Of a stretch of 64,000 nucleotides of DNA, positions 12,613 to 26,000 are shown piece by piece (within the stretch, counting starts at the first letter, position 1; each line of letters begins with the position of its first letter). Below the pieces are notes generated by a model. The model was not told where the DNA came from. It was given only the letters and a program-made list of their open reading frames with translations, and made no database searches. The stretch comes from Ginglymostoma cirratum (Eukaryota). The translations under genes and the position numbers were made by a program. The stretch is taken from NCBI GenBank assembly GCA_024137785.1, contig JAHRHZ010000003.1:6696657-6760656 (forward strand), read 5' to 3'.

Positions 12613-14395
12613 GAGGAAAGGACAGTAGTCAACGCTAAAACAAATTGTGAAATGTTCTTCAAACATATTAATAGCAAAATATATTACTGAGGGATAGAAT
12701 GGGGCCCATAAGGAACAAGCAGGGTAAGTTGCTCAGTGAAGCAAAGACTATGGCAGAGGTGCTAAATTAGTACATTTCTAATTTGGTCCAGACAGAACCC
12801 AACAGTGACAATGACCCAGTTGAAAACGTGGGTGGTGAGCGACTGAGCCATATAGTGACAGATAAGGAAAAGGTGCTAAAAAGCTGGCAGCCCTCCAGGT
12901 AGAGAGGTCACCAGGCTCATACAGGAATTGCCGAGAGACGCAAGGTAGCAAGTGAAGGAGCTGTTGACAGAAATTTTCCAGGCATCTCTGAACACAAAAG
13001 TCCCGGAGACTGGAGGATTATAAATGTGACGCCATTGTTTAAAGAAAGGGAGAAAGGATAACTAGAGACATATCAGTTTGACATCAACTGTGGGCAAACT
13101 GATGGAGGCCACGACATGGGATATATAATTAGAAAAAAAAAAAATCAGTTAATACTAGACAGTCAACATGGCTTTGTCAAGGGCAGGTCATGTCTCACGG
13201 ATTTAATTAAGTTCTTTGCAGATGTGACACAAGCAGTGGACAAGGGTACTGCTGTAGATATTGTATATTTGGTCTTTCAGAAAGCATTTGATAGGGTGCT
13301 GCACGGCAGTTTAGGAAACTAGACATGTTCGGGATTGATGGGTCCTTGGCAGCACGGATTAGAAGTTGACTCAACTATAAGAAACAGAGGGTAGGTACAC
13401 ATGGACATGTCTCAGACTGGGGATGGGTCTAAAGTGGTGTTCACCGGAAATTGGTTTTGGGACTCTGACTTTTTCTGCTTTATATAAACAATTTTGAAAT
13501 TGGTGTTGAAGGCAATATAACTTAAATTTGCAGATGATACTAACCCTGGGAGAGTGGTCAATTATGAGGAAGACAGTGAGCGACTTCAGAGGGGCACTGA
13601 CAAGTTGACCAAATGGGAAGACACCTGGCATATTAATTTCTATGTAGAGAAATGTGAAGTTGTGCATTTTGATAGAAGAAACACAGAGGATAATATAGTC
13701 TCAATGGTACCACTTTGAAGAAATCAGAGGGACCTCAGGGTTCAAGTCCATAATGTTCGGAAAGTGGCCAGGCACATTGAAACAGTTGTTAAGAATGTTA
13801 AAACGATCCTTGAGTTTGTAAATTGAGGCATAGAGTATAACAACAAGGAAGTGATGCTGTACTTCCACAAATCATTGATCAGACCACACTTGGAGGATTA
13901 TGTTCCGTTCTGGACACTTTATTTAAGGGTGTCAAAGCCCTGGTGAGATTACAAATGGAATTGAACTAGAATGATGCCACGAATGAAGGATTTTAGATAC
14001 ATGGAGAGATGAGAGAAATTGGGCTTATTCCTTTGGAGCAGAGAAGATTATGAGGTGACCTTATCGAGGCATGCAAAATTATGAACAGGGTAAAGAAGGA
14101 TATTCTGTTTGTACAAAGTGGTATGTCATTAACTAGAGGTCACAATTTCAAGACTGTCACAAAGAGAGATGGAGTTGTTTCGATTTGGAATGCACTGCCT
14201 GGGAGTGTGGTGGAGGCAGATTCTATCAGAGGTTTGTGAAGACAGCTGGATATATCTTTGAAAGTGATGAATTTAGAGGGCTAAGGAGATAGGATTGGAT
14301 AATGAGACAAGCTGGGTAGCTATTTCCAGAACCAGTATAAACACAATAAGTGAAACGAGCCTTCTCCTGCACTGTAAAATTCTTTTGACTCTATG
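12613..14395 (+). mobile_element. Older degenerate CR1 LINE (RT region and 3' end); its 5' part probably lies at ~9500-9830
   Basis: DSQHGFVKGRSCLTDLIKFF...FQKAFD at 13116-13322; tttgcagatgat (FADD) at ~13527; many stops. Confidence 0.85.
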
Positions 14396-14679
14396 GTGTC
14401 CCGGGTCAACACTCAATTCTCGACAAAGAAAAGCAGAAAAATGAGGGTTGACCGGTCACAATAACATGGCTATTTGTGGCAGCTTGCTGTGCACAGATTG
14501 GTTGCTGCAATTCCTACGTTACGACATGGAACACACTCCAGGAGAACTTCATTGAGACATCCTGAAAAGGTGTTACGCAAAGGCAAACTTCTTTCTTTTT
14601 GAATGCCTACATCTTAAATTCGTCATTTGCTTTCTCTATGCTAAACAATGCCCAAACTGGTTGTACAAATAGGTCTTAC

Positions 14680-14861
14680 CCGTTTGTCGATGTCCCGATG
14701 TTGTAGCTGGAGGAAGCGAGCACTGATTGCCGCAATGTAGCTCTGTTGATTGGCAAATGCCACCCTGCCTGCTCCTTTTGGGTATTTCAGCTCAGGATCA
14801 GTGTCAATGCCAGCATAGCAAACTCCTCCATACAGCTGGTCCATGATCATGGCCAGCTCCA
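14680..14861 (-). CDS. CPEB2/3/4-like: CPEB coding exon 7 (182 nt; VELAMIMDQLYGGVCYAGIDTDPELKYPKGAGRVAF...DIDKR, RRM2)
   Basis: ctgttgcag acceptor and CGG|gtaaga donor; close match to CPEB2-4 RRM2. Confidence 0.97.
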
Positions 14862-16029
14862 CTGCAACAGCAAACTCAGAGTTACGGGGCTGGTTTGGCA
14901 AAACCTGCAACATCTCCTGCATTCCCGACCAAAACCCTCAAACCAATACCCCATGGCCCAGGATAGAAAATTTAAAGCACACAAAATATAACTTGCGTTG
15001 CAGACAGCGTGGAAAAAGACTTCACAGCATTCACATCAAATTTGTTACCTATTGTCATACACAATATTCCCCCATTTGGGAAACAGTTTGAAGGATTAGC
15101 AAATTCATTATCTCTATGTTTGAAAGATGTCATGACCATTCCTTCTGTTGCCAACACATCCTGCAATAGGTCTTGAACACGGGAGCTTCTGGCTCAAAGT
15201 TATGACTTCTGCTCAAAAACTGAGTGCAAGGGAAGGCTCAGACAGTCCAGTTATTGACTTCCCTCCATGTGATCAGGTGTAAGGGATTGTTGAGGGTGGG
15301 AATTCTTGACACACGACATCAGAAATGGCAACAACTCAAGCTTCCTGATTCAGTACCCATCTTGCCCCCACCCCCTCCCTCCAACCCCTATGCCGGTGAC
15401 CCTCCCATCACAAGGACCAACAGCAAGATTATTGCAACATCGTCGCCTGTAATTTGCACATCAATACTTGGCTGCACTTTGTCCTTCTTTCATTTTCACA
15501 ATTCACATCTTCCCTGCACCGTTTGCAGGATTTAATCAAGAGGCGGTGTTTGGGATGGGATGACTTTGTTCAGTGACTACAAACTTCCAGTTGAAAGATC
15601 AAGACAGGGAAGAATTAGAGTGTGTCAAGAGGCTTCTCCAAGCTTTAGATATGAAAGCTATTGGAAGGCACTATTTTGGCAGACAGAAATATGGAGCACG
15701 AGCATTTGATCTGATGTCATAATTAAGATACCTACTTACTTTTGATTGGTAGATGTATATTGTGCTGAGCAAATGTGAACAGATTCAAGCTATTCATTTT
15801 CCAGGTTGTTTTAGGGTTTCAATGGTTAGATGGCATGTACATCTCAGAAGCAGGCCACTGGGCCCAACTGGTATTGTTCGTGGTGCACACAAACCTCCTC
15901 CCATCATCAAAACTAGTCAAGACATTCTTGGATTCCTTTCTCCACCAAGCCTTTTCTGGCTTTCCTTTAGATGCAGCTGTAGTGTTCACCTCAGCCATAT
16001 TTCACGTAGCACCGAGTTTCACATTCTCA

Positions 16030-16510
16030 TATAGTCATAACAGGACAGAAACAGACCCTTAAGTCCAACCAGTCCACACCGACCATGATTTCAAACTAAA
16101 CTAGTCCCCACCTGCCTGTGGTTGGTCCATATCCCTCCAAATATTTCTTTGCATCTGCTTACCTAAATGTCTTTTAAATGTTGAAACTGTACCCGCATCC
16201 ACTACTTCCTCTGGAAGATCATTCCACACATGAACCACTGTGTAAACAAATTGCCCCCATGTCTTTTTTGAATCTTTGTCCTCTCACCTTAGAAACAAGC
16301 CCTCTAGTCTTGAAACCCAACAACCTAGGGAAAAGACACCTGCCACTGGCCTTATCTATACCCTTCATAATTTAATCAACCTCTGTAAGATCACCTCTCA
16401 ACCTCTTACGCTCCAGTGGAAAAAGTCCCAGCCTATCCAGCCTCGCCTTATAAATCAAACGCTCTATTCCTGGCAAATCTCTTCTGAACCCTCTCCAGCT
16501 TAATCATATA
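16030..16510 (-). mobile_element. CR1 3' end fragment
   Basis: Reverse-complement similarity to 12311-12612 and 17230-17480. Confidence 0.7.
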
Positions 16511-17229
16511 ATTAATAATATCCCTTCCATAACATTACACTCTGGATAAAGGTGTTTCCCAATTAGATTTACTCCTAACTACCATATTTATGGTTCTTGG
16601 TTTTGGTTTCTGTTACAACTGGAAATGCCTTTGCTATGACTACTTGAACAAACCATTTTAAAATCTTCAAGACCTTTCTCAGGTCACCCATCAGGCTTCT
16701 CCTTTCTGGCAAAATGAATTTGTTCAATCTTTCGAGGTTCTAACCTCGCAATTCCATCTTCATTATTGCCAATTTTTTTGCACCTTGTCTAATACCTTCT
16801 TGGAATACGGACATGCGCATAGTACTTCAGGTGTTTTCGATCAAAGATTCTACACAAGTTTGATACACCTTTGCTGCCTTTTAATCCCATACCTTAAAAA
16901 ATGAACCCCCAACAAATCAGTATGCAATTTTGCTGATGGCACACATGGCCTCCTACTAGAGTTACAGGGTACTCTGTTTTATACTTGTTGACTGTATCAA
17001 TGCCATTACAAAATGCAATAGCCAAGGTGGTCTTGAAATAGGAAACAGAATTAGGTTCAAGACATTATTTAGCTACAGACTTAGCAGTTAATAAGCTGAT
17101 AGACAGTGTTTTACAGGAACTACGCTATTTATGGCTGATGTGTATAACATTGTAAAGACCCCATCATTTCATAAATATGGTAGTTAGGAGTAAATCTAAT
17201 TGGGAAACATCTTTATCCAGAGTATAATG

Positions 17230-17480
17230 TTATGGAAGGGATATTATTAATTATATGATTAAGCTGGAGAGGGTTCAGAAGAGATTTACCAGGATGTAGC
17301 CAGGAATGGAGGGTTTGATCTATAAGGTGAGGCTGGATAGGCTGGGACTTTTTCCACTGGAGCGTAAGAGGTTGAGAGGTGATCTTACAGAGGTTGATTA
17401 AATTATGAAGGGTATAGATAAGGCCAATGGCAGGTGTCTTTTCCCTAGGTTGTTGGGTTTCAAGACTAGTTTTAAGTGTA
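17230..17480 (+). mobile_element. CR1 3' fragment
   Basis: gttcagaagagatttaccaggatg...ataggctgggacttttt, similar to 9930-10115. Confidence 0.7.
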
Positions 17481-18314
17481 TTTTAGATGGTGGACCACAC
17501 TGGGGAGAAAAAACATCGGGGATTGCTGCACTTTTCAAAACTCAATGTGATATTTGCATTGCCGTTTTGTTCAAGCAGTTGCAGGAGAGGCATTTGTCAA
17601 TTACACAGCACGTGGCTGATGTGTATGCACAGTGAAATTTGGCCAGCAACAAGTAGCAGATTGATTTGGGACCACTCACAGATGCCAAAAGTCATCAGCC
17701 TGGCAACAACACTGATTGATTGTTGCAAAGCTGAATAGCATGTGGGTGTGAACAATTACTGAGAAGCCTTTCGACTGCGGGAAGAACAGGTGGTCTAACT
17801 CTCTCCTTTTCTATCACCACCACGTCCTTTCTGTCCCCCATCCCACCACCCCATATCTTCTCCCATTAGTTGCTTTAAGCTCTTGTCTTTAACAGGTAAC
17901 TAAGAGACGTTGTAGTTAGCGTACAAATGTTGTACCTCCTGCAAAGAAGTGAACAAACTCGAACAAAAGAGACTTAAGAACATAAAGTCCTCAAAAGCAA
18001 AACAAACACCTTAACAGAGCCTTCAACCATAAAATCATTGTTTTCTTTCATTTGTCTGTGTCCATGTGTGCATTTGGAATTTTAAAAAGGAAGTTACAAT
18101 CTTAACTTCGTGAGCCATGCACAAGTAGTTCACAGCTGTTGCCTTGTTCCTATTGCCTATTACTGATTTGTAATAAACACTCGTTCTTGTTTTGTGCAGG
18201 GACCTGATCTCTCTCTTCTGTTAAATTAAACTTTGTCTGGTGTGATTACATCATTAATTTTTGTCAAGACCCTGGAAGCACCAGGATTCAAGAGTCAATG
18301 CATTTTACCAAGTA

Positions 18315-18630
18315 TTCTTTTATTCGTTCATGGGATGAGGGCATCACTGGCTAGCCCAGCATTTACTGCCTATTCCTAATTGCCCAGAGGTCTGGAATCA
18401 CATGTAGGCCAGACCAGGTAAGGATAGCAGCTTCCTTCCCTAAAGGACATTAGTGAAGCAGGTGGGTTTTTCCTACAACCGACCATGGATTCATGGTCAT
18501 TATTAGACTCTTCATCCCAGATTTTTAGTGAGCTCAAATTCACCAACTGCCGTGGCAGGATTCAAACCTGGGTCCCCGGAACTTTGCTTGGGTCTCTGGA
18601 TTAACTGTCTAGTGACAGTAACACTAGGCC
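18315..18630 (-). mobile_element. SINE (family with gcatttattgcccatccctaattgccc core)
   Basis: Highly similar copies at 25685-26000, 44555-44905 and, inverted, 51258-51556. Confidence 0.75.
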
Positions 18631-19133
18631 CTGTTGAGGGTGGGTCATAAGACACTTGTCAGTTATAATGAATGATTTGGGAGTGTGTGTAACTAGGGAC
18701 CGAGAAAAATATGCAGCCTCCCTTCACCAACTGCTTAGAGAGACAAGAATATGAGTATTGATGGTGTGCCCGGATCAGGAAATAAGAAGAACACAGCTGC
18801 ATTTATTGCTTTGCAACACTTCTTTGAGACACTAAGTGTGTCAAAATTGTGGTCTGACATAGTTACACATTTAAGCAGCAAAACTGAATTTGGTGTCAGA
18901 TTTGAACTCGCTTTGTTTATCAAACCCTGTTCACCTGTTTGCAATGTGTCCCACACTCCTATCTTTTCCACTCCTTACACAAGCATCAAGACTTGAAACC
19001 TCTCACTGCACCAGACCAGTTCCTCAGCAAAAGCCCAATGGAATTGTTTTCCCCCCACCTCTGAGTTAACCGGGACTTGTCGTGCACACTCTGTCAATCA
19101 CCCTGCTTAACTCAATAGTGTGCAGTAACTTAC

Positions 19134-19248
19134 CAGCTTTCAGGGGTCTTGGTACCCCTCCCACAAAGACGGTCTTCCTGGGATCTAGAGGCTGTGAGCC
19201 ATCCAGCACAAAGTCGCTGTCACTCAGACTCCAGGGTCTGATCTGCAC
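19134..19248 (-). CDS. CPEB2/3/4-like: CPEB coding exon 6 (115 nt; VQIRPWSLSDSDFVLDGSQPLDPRKTVFVGGVPRPLKA)
   Basis: ttctggcttcag acceptor and G|gtaagt donor; RRM1-RRM2 linker and RRM2 RNP2. Confidence 0.96.
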
Positions 19249-22200
19249 CTGAAGCCAGAAGGAAAGCAAATCTGATGAACCACCACTAATACGCAGACTA
19301 GACTAACAGAAAATGCAGATTCAGAGTTTGATTCCTGTGTGCACTGTTCTCCATTAACTATAACAGGTCCACAGTGCAAGCAGACACGGCTCAGCCAACA
19401 GTATATGAACCTTTCCCTTTCAGAACAGCAATTAAAATCTATTTACTGCTCCAGTGGAGGCAGGGAATGCTACAAATGATCCCTGCACACAAGGGCAGGA
19501 GTGAAAGGAGTGAGAAGGAATGGGGAACAAGGGTAGGGTAGAAAGTGGAGGGACAGGAGGTTGAGGTGCAGAGGCATGGAAAGGATGTCTGTAAATCAAT
19601 CAGCATAGGACTGTTTTAAATGCCCTCTCTTGGGTCTGGCTTCTTTCCAGTCACTTTCAATATTCATTGTCTAAGATGAGGAAAAATTGTGCTTACTGGA
19701 GTTTGTCGAAGGTGTGGCTATTCCCAGTATACACTTAAAAAGAGACAGTGGAGAATAGCTGAACACTACACGCTCCTGACAATACAGTTTTGAATTATTT
19801 TTTGCTTCATAATAAGCCTGCGGGCACTCAAGAGTTTCACCTTCCATAACATCCAAATCTGTCTTCTGCTCCTGGGTGCCCACATAATTAACATTGTTGC
19901 CCCCAATCTTAAGGCAAAAGACGATTTATCCATTAAGGGACAGCTGCCTGATCACAAATCCATTTTCCAACACCACATCCAGCTCATCCTCCAATGTATT
20001 TTTCTCAACAACTTGTGTTTACATAACACCTTGAACAGAGAAGATCGTCCCAGGGTGTTTCAAAGGAACAGCTGCCAAGATGAACTTCACACTCAGCCAT
20101 ATGAAGAGGACACGTGACCAAAAACTAGGTCAGAACTAACCTTCAAATAAGCAGTTATTAGGTTCAGACAGACACAGAGACGTCAGCTGCTTGGGGAAGG
20201 AATTCCTGAATGTGGGGTCCAGGCACCAGACGGCACAGCCACCAGTGGTAGGGCAATGAAAACCAGAGACGGAAGAAAAAGCCAGATTTAGAGGAGCCCT
20301 GCAATCTCAGGGAGGCTTGGAGGAGATGATACAGGGACAATCGCAGAAGAATTTGACAACAAGGAAGAGAATTTAAAACTCATGCAGTGATGGTATCAGA
20401 ATTCAATGATGGGTGAAATTAACTTGGCACAAGTTAAGGTTCTTGAAATTTTTGACAAATATGAAGCGTCCAAGGTGCCAAGTGGGCCCATTAAGCTTTA
20501 CAGTAGTCAACCATGGAGCCAACAAAGACATGGATGAGGGCTCTTCAACAGCAAACGAGCCAGGTCAAGGGCAGAGACGATGTTCGAGGTGGACGTCAGC
20601 ATGGTTTCAGGTGTGAAAAACCCAAGCCAAGTCAAAAAGGACACCAGATTCTGAACGATCTGGTTCAGCTGCAGTCAGTGACCAGGGACAAGGACGGAGT
20701 GCCTGGCAGGGGAATAGGGTTTTATTTTTTGATGGGAACCCAAGTCTGTGGCTTCAGACTACCCACCATTTAGTCAGGCGAAACTTCTGGTCGACGTCAT
20801 AAGTATTGATATCTTCATATTTGGGCACCAGCTGTGTTTTGGTTGGGGGCACTCTTGGCTTCAAGATCAACTCAAGGCCTCAGCACAGAAGTCTGTGCTG
20901 ACACTGCTTTGCTATTCTGAGGGATTACTGCACTTTCGGTAATGGTGTCTTCCAGATAAGACATCAAACCAAGGCCCATCTATCTTCTCAACTATGAATA
21001 CTTTGAAGGACAGCAGGGAGCTAGCGAATATTTCACTGCTCTTTATGGGAGCTTGCTGTGCGCATACTGGCAGCTGCGTTTCCACCTTTGCAACAAAAAT
21101 AACTCTTCAGGTCTGGACCCTTCTTCAGAAAAAAGGGTCCAGACCCGAAACGTCAGCTTTCCTGCTCCTCTGATGCTGCCTGGCCTGCTCTATTCATCCA
21201 GCTCCACACCTTGTTATCTCAGATTCTCCAGCATCGGCAGTTCCTATTATCTCTCTCTTCAAAAGGACTTCATTGGCCATGCAAGGTGCTGGACTGCCCT
21301 GTGGACCGAAAAGGTGTACGATTGCAAGGCATTTTTTTTTTCTTACAAGGGGGAGAAAAAGTAAGTGAAATTGCCCTTAATTTCTTCATCTCAATCAATG
21401 TTGCAATTAAGGAGCAACGGATCCAACACCAACTCCAGGTTCCACCACAATCTCCATTCCCCAAGGAAGGGCCGCAGCTCACTCCCTGCTTACTGTCTGA
21501 GGGATGGAACAAACCCAGGCTCCAATCTCAACCGATAAGCACTTTCTCTAACCCCAGAACTCACTCGAACACAAGTCTATCTTCATATTGCTAAGCAACT
21601 TCTGTCTCAGATTGTAACCAATTCCATCCCCTCAGCCAATGAATGCAACCGACTTGACAGGACTGCATGTTACCGAGGGCCCAAACACAGCTACACAGAA
21701 TGTAACCGAATAGTAACATGAGAAACAAAGTGACAACGGACATTCCTCACACGCACAAAGATTACTCACTAAAAATACAAATGGAAACATAGAGGCTATC
21801 CGATGGAGAGGAAGAGGTTTCTAAGTCACAAGCTTATGCACCCAGATAGCCTGAGGAATTGCAGTAAGTGTGATGTCAGATATCCAGAAAACAACTGACC
21901 TTTCAGAAGATCATCATATGAAGTTGGAGCAGGAAGAGGCTGTTTTGTCCCTCAGTGCTGTTCTGGCATTCAAGAAGATCATAACTGATCTGATGGTGGC
22001 CTTCACTTCACTGTCAGTCCCCCATAACCCCACAACTCCTGTGTCAACTAAAGATCTGTCTGACTCCGCCTTGAACATATTCAATGATCAAGTCTACAAT
22101 GCTGTCTAGGAAAGAGAATTCCAAAGACTAACCACCCTCCAAGAAAGAGATTCCACCTCATCTCTTGCTCAAATAGGACACTCCTTATTTGCATACTGTG

Positions 22201-22684
22201 CCTCCTTAAAATTCAGGTAAAACAAAGATGAGAGTCTGTCCTGTGCTCAAGGATCCAATGCAACCTGATGAAAACATCTGTAAACCTTTACAGTTCCCAC
22301 CAACATGAGTCACACTGTCAACCAGGCACTGAGTGGACTTCAGCCTGAAGCAGCAAGATGTACCTCCTTCAACAATCTTACATGATGACGGATGTAATTA
22401 AGAGGGAACATCTGTCACTGAAAAAACAAATCCATCAACCTTCTCTACCAGGATGGGGCAGTGCAGAGGGGCCTTCACAATACATTGAAAATGTGCCATA
22501 CTTGAACTGGAAGTTGGTACAGAGAGCCTGAAACGTAAACTATCCTCATCCCCAGCAGTAACATCTCAGTTTGTGGAGGATGGAATTCATTTCTGTAAAG
22601 GTGTTATAATTGGAACAGCTTCCAGAGCTCAGAACTCCAGAGGCACAGGGCACATGACAAAGAATTAGCAACTCTCATACTCAC

Positions 22685-22803
22685 CGGCTTGTCCTTGACT
22701 GTGCGGCTAGAGACGCACAAATAGAGTTTACCATCATCCTGAAAGCAGGCATCAATCAGAACCTGAACTGAACACTCCTCCTGAAACAACAAGAAGGCGT
22801 AAC
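22685..22803 (-). CDS. CPEB2/3/4-like: CPEB coding exon 5 (119 nt; GYAFLLFQEECSVQVLIDACFQDDGKLYLCVSSRTVKDKP)
   Basis: ttttgcag acceptor and CCG|gtgagt donor; RNP1 motif GYAFLLF. Confidence 0.96.
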
Positions 22804-24398
22804 CTGCAAAACAAGAGACACAGTCAATAGCAAATAAAAGTCTGCCCTGACTCACTCCTGTAGGGACTTCAAACACGTCAATTTTTTTTTTAAAAAGAAT
22901 TACGACGACTGACCACCAGCCCCTAACCCTGCAGTATTCTCTTTCCAAGACACACAGAAAAGAAAGATATTGGCAAAGATACCTGGATTCCCATGACTGC
23001 TAGGGCACAGGCAGTAGAGTATTGGATGACCTCACATTGACGTAAGGTGGACTGCAGGAAGCTTGGCCAGGAAAGCATTGGAATGGTCAAGCCAATAAGT
23101 TCTTTAAAAATTGGTCATGGGATGTGGGTATTAATTGCCCAGATGGTGGATAAGAGTGAACCAGAGTCACAAGTGGGCCAGAGATAACAAGCATGGGGCT
23201 GGATGAACACAGCAGGTCAAGCAGCATCATAGGAGCAGGAAAACTTGACGTTTCGGGCCTAAACCCTTCATCAGGTAAGGATAGCAGATTTCTGTATGAT
23301 TCTGTGACGAGTCTGGTAGACCACTGGTTGTTGACAGGAATCGTGCTTGAGACCAAGGAAAGTGCTTACAGTTTTCGTAATGTTGAGTCGGAGGAAACTT
23401 CCATTCATTCAGGACAAGATGGTAGACAAGCAGCATGACAAATCCAAGTCGAGGAAGAAGTCAAGACAAGTGGCAGGTGAAGTACATGTGGTACCTGGTG
23501 TGGGATTTCATGACAGAGGAACATGTAGGTTAACAGACAAGGATAGATCCTCGGGGAACACCAGAAATAAAAGTTGGAACGGAAGCCACTGACAATGACT
23601 GCCCATCTAAAATTAGATGGATAAGAAAGGAGAAATAAAGATGTTTTGAGATGCCAGACACTCAACAGTTCAGACAGAAATTACTATCTTTTGTGCAGAA
23701 TTCAGAATCAGAGACATAATTTTAGAATAATAGCCTGACCATTTCATAGTCAAACTGTAAGGCATTTTCTTCTTTACAAAGGGTCACGAAAGTCTGGAAT
23801 TCCTTACCCCAAAATGCTGCGATGACTTGTGGATCAATTGAAATTTTCAAGACAGACATAGGTCAGACATTTTTTGGGTAAAGGGATCAAGGCAAGTGCA
23901 ATTCAGTCAAGTAAACAGAGCTGAGGTGCCAATCAGCCATGGTCTAACTCAATTGCATAGCAGACCTCACACCCACTCTGACTCCTATGAAGACACAGAC
24001 AGGAGCAGGTGCAAACCTAAGCTGACTTCTGCCTAATCTCATCCAAGATGCTCAGGCCAGTGCAACTTCCGGACACAGATGAACTGTTGAGTCATTCGGC
24101 CGGAAACAGACCCTTCAGTCCAACTTGTCCGTGACGACTAAGTTTCCAAAACTAATCTAGTCCCACTTGCCTTCGTTTGGCCCATACCCCTCTAAACCCT
24201 TCCTATTCATGCACACATCCAAATGTCTTTTAAATGTCGTAACTGTACCTGGGACCCAATCGATGCCTTTTCTAGCCATCAGTCTAAGTTCTGCATGAGG
24301 CACTGTTCACCAAGTTGGTATTGTGGTACACCCAAGTTCTGTGAAAGGACAGTTCACTGATCATGATAACACCAATTCAGTTAAATAGAACTGCTCAC

Positions 24399-24488
24399 CT
24401 TTGGGTGGAAAGTAGGATTTACTTCCCGACTTGTGAGGCCAGTCTACCATGAGCTGTCCAAAACAGCAGAAAGTAGCGATTATCTCAT
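24399..24488 (-). CDS. CPEB2/3/4-like: CPEB coding exon 4 (90 nt; DEIIATFCCFGQLMVDWPHKSGSKSYFPPKG, RRM1)
   Basis: Not in the ORF track; translated by hand. tttctgtttag acceptor and G|gtgagc donor; VDWPHK..SKSYFPPKG signature. Confidence 0.95.
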
Positions 24489-25454
24489 CTAAACAGAAAT
24501 AAAAGTGGAGACAATCAGATACATTTACCTCTCATTTCCATTCCTCAAATGAAAACACAGGATTACAACTAAGACACCTAACAGCTGATGAAATTTGGAA
24601 CTGTTCTACCATACGGCAATTGATGACAGGTCAATAGTTAATTTTAAAACCTCAGATTGACCCAAGTTGGGTAAGAAAGGGTGTGAATGGGGACAGTCAA
24701 ATTTTGGGCTAGATGCCTCCCCATTCCTCTGCCTCAATTATATCAGAAAGGTATCATCAGACATCGATGTGCATCTCGCGTGGGCTTCCTGGTAATGACT
24801 CTAAGGATGTACAAGTTTAACTTTAGTCATGCACATTACAGTCCGCTACCACAGACAGCATTCACCCAAAGGTGCCCTTGGAAATGGGACCTCCATTCCG
24901 CGAGCCACTTGCTCAGGTTTTCAACAGCTCGTGATGCAACAGGATGATACCCATGGTCTCCTGAGATCACACTAGCAAACAGTCATGTAAAAAAGGGGCA
25001 GGTTGTCAACTGTGGACAATTTTCAATTTGCTATTTAAATTGACTCAACCCATCAGTGACTCACAAGAAAGCCAAAGCTCCCAACTGCCTCTAGAGCATA
25101 GATCAGTAGGGAACAGCAGTGGCAAGCCAAGGTTTTATGTCATCAGTGGACTGGACTGTGTGGAAGATGCTATTCTGACTATTACATCTCTTCATTTCCA
25201 AAATACAGTTTTTTCCGCATGCTCTAAAATATTGCAAACTGAGATGAAGTTCTGTGGGGTTTCTGGGCAGGGTTTTAGAATGTGAAAAATTTGACCACAG
25301 CCTAGCGAGCCAGGAGCTGTTCTTAACAGTTGTGATTCTGCATGGGGTCCAGATGGCTGTTGGAGTCCCAGAGGGACCCATGTTGGGGCAGATGCTGCTT
25401 GAACGTCTGAATGAAGACACTGACCAACTACTGATGGATGAGACAAGAAGTGAA

Positions 25455-25670
25455 AAATTATAAAAGTACTGAAAGGACTCTGCAGGACCAGCAGCATCTG
25501 TGGAGGGAGAAACAGAGTTTACTTGTTGAGTGCAGAATCACAGTTCTTCCAAACTCCAGAGCAGAAGTGATTCTGCACTCAAAGCATTAACACTGATTCT
25601 CTCCCCATGGATGCTACTTGGCCTGCTGATTGCTCCAGCACTTTGTTTTTATTTCATCATCAAGCATCAG
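25455..25670. mobile_element. Palindromic non-autonomous element (MER6/Penelope-related fold-back); related pieces at 21100-21250, 23190-23275, 27925-28065, 42920-43000, 44450-44535 and 60630-60800
   Basis: Arms cagcagcatctgtggagggagaaacagagtt..gagtgcagaatcac and gtgattctgcactc..ctctccccatggatgct are inverted copies of each other. Confidence 0.6.
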
Positions 25671-25684
25671 CAGCATTTCTTTAT

Positions 25685-26000
25685 TCTTTATTCATTCACA
25701 GGATGAGGGTGTCGCTGACCAGGTGGCATTTATTACCCATCCCTAATTGCCCAGAGGGCAGTTTAGAGTCAACCACATTGCTGTCGGTCTGGAGTCACAT
25801 GCAGGCCAGACCAGGTGAGGATGGCAGTTTCCTTCCCTCAAGGACATTGGTGAACCAGATGGGTTTTTCCGACAATCAACAATGGGTTCATGGTCATCAT
25901 TAGATTCTTAATTGCAGGATTTGAACCTGGGTCGCCAGAACGTTATCTGGGTCTCCGGATTAACAGTCCAGCGATAATGCCACTAGGCCATTGCCTCCCC
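25685..26000 (-). mobile_element. SINE, same family as 18315-18630
   Basis: Colinear sequence similarity with the other copies. Confidence 0.75.
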
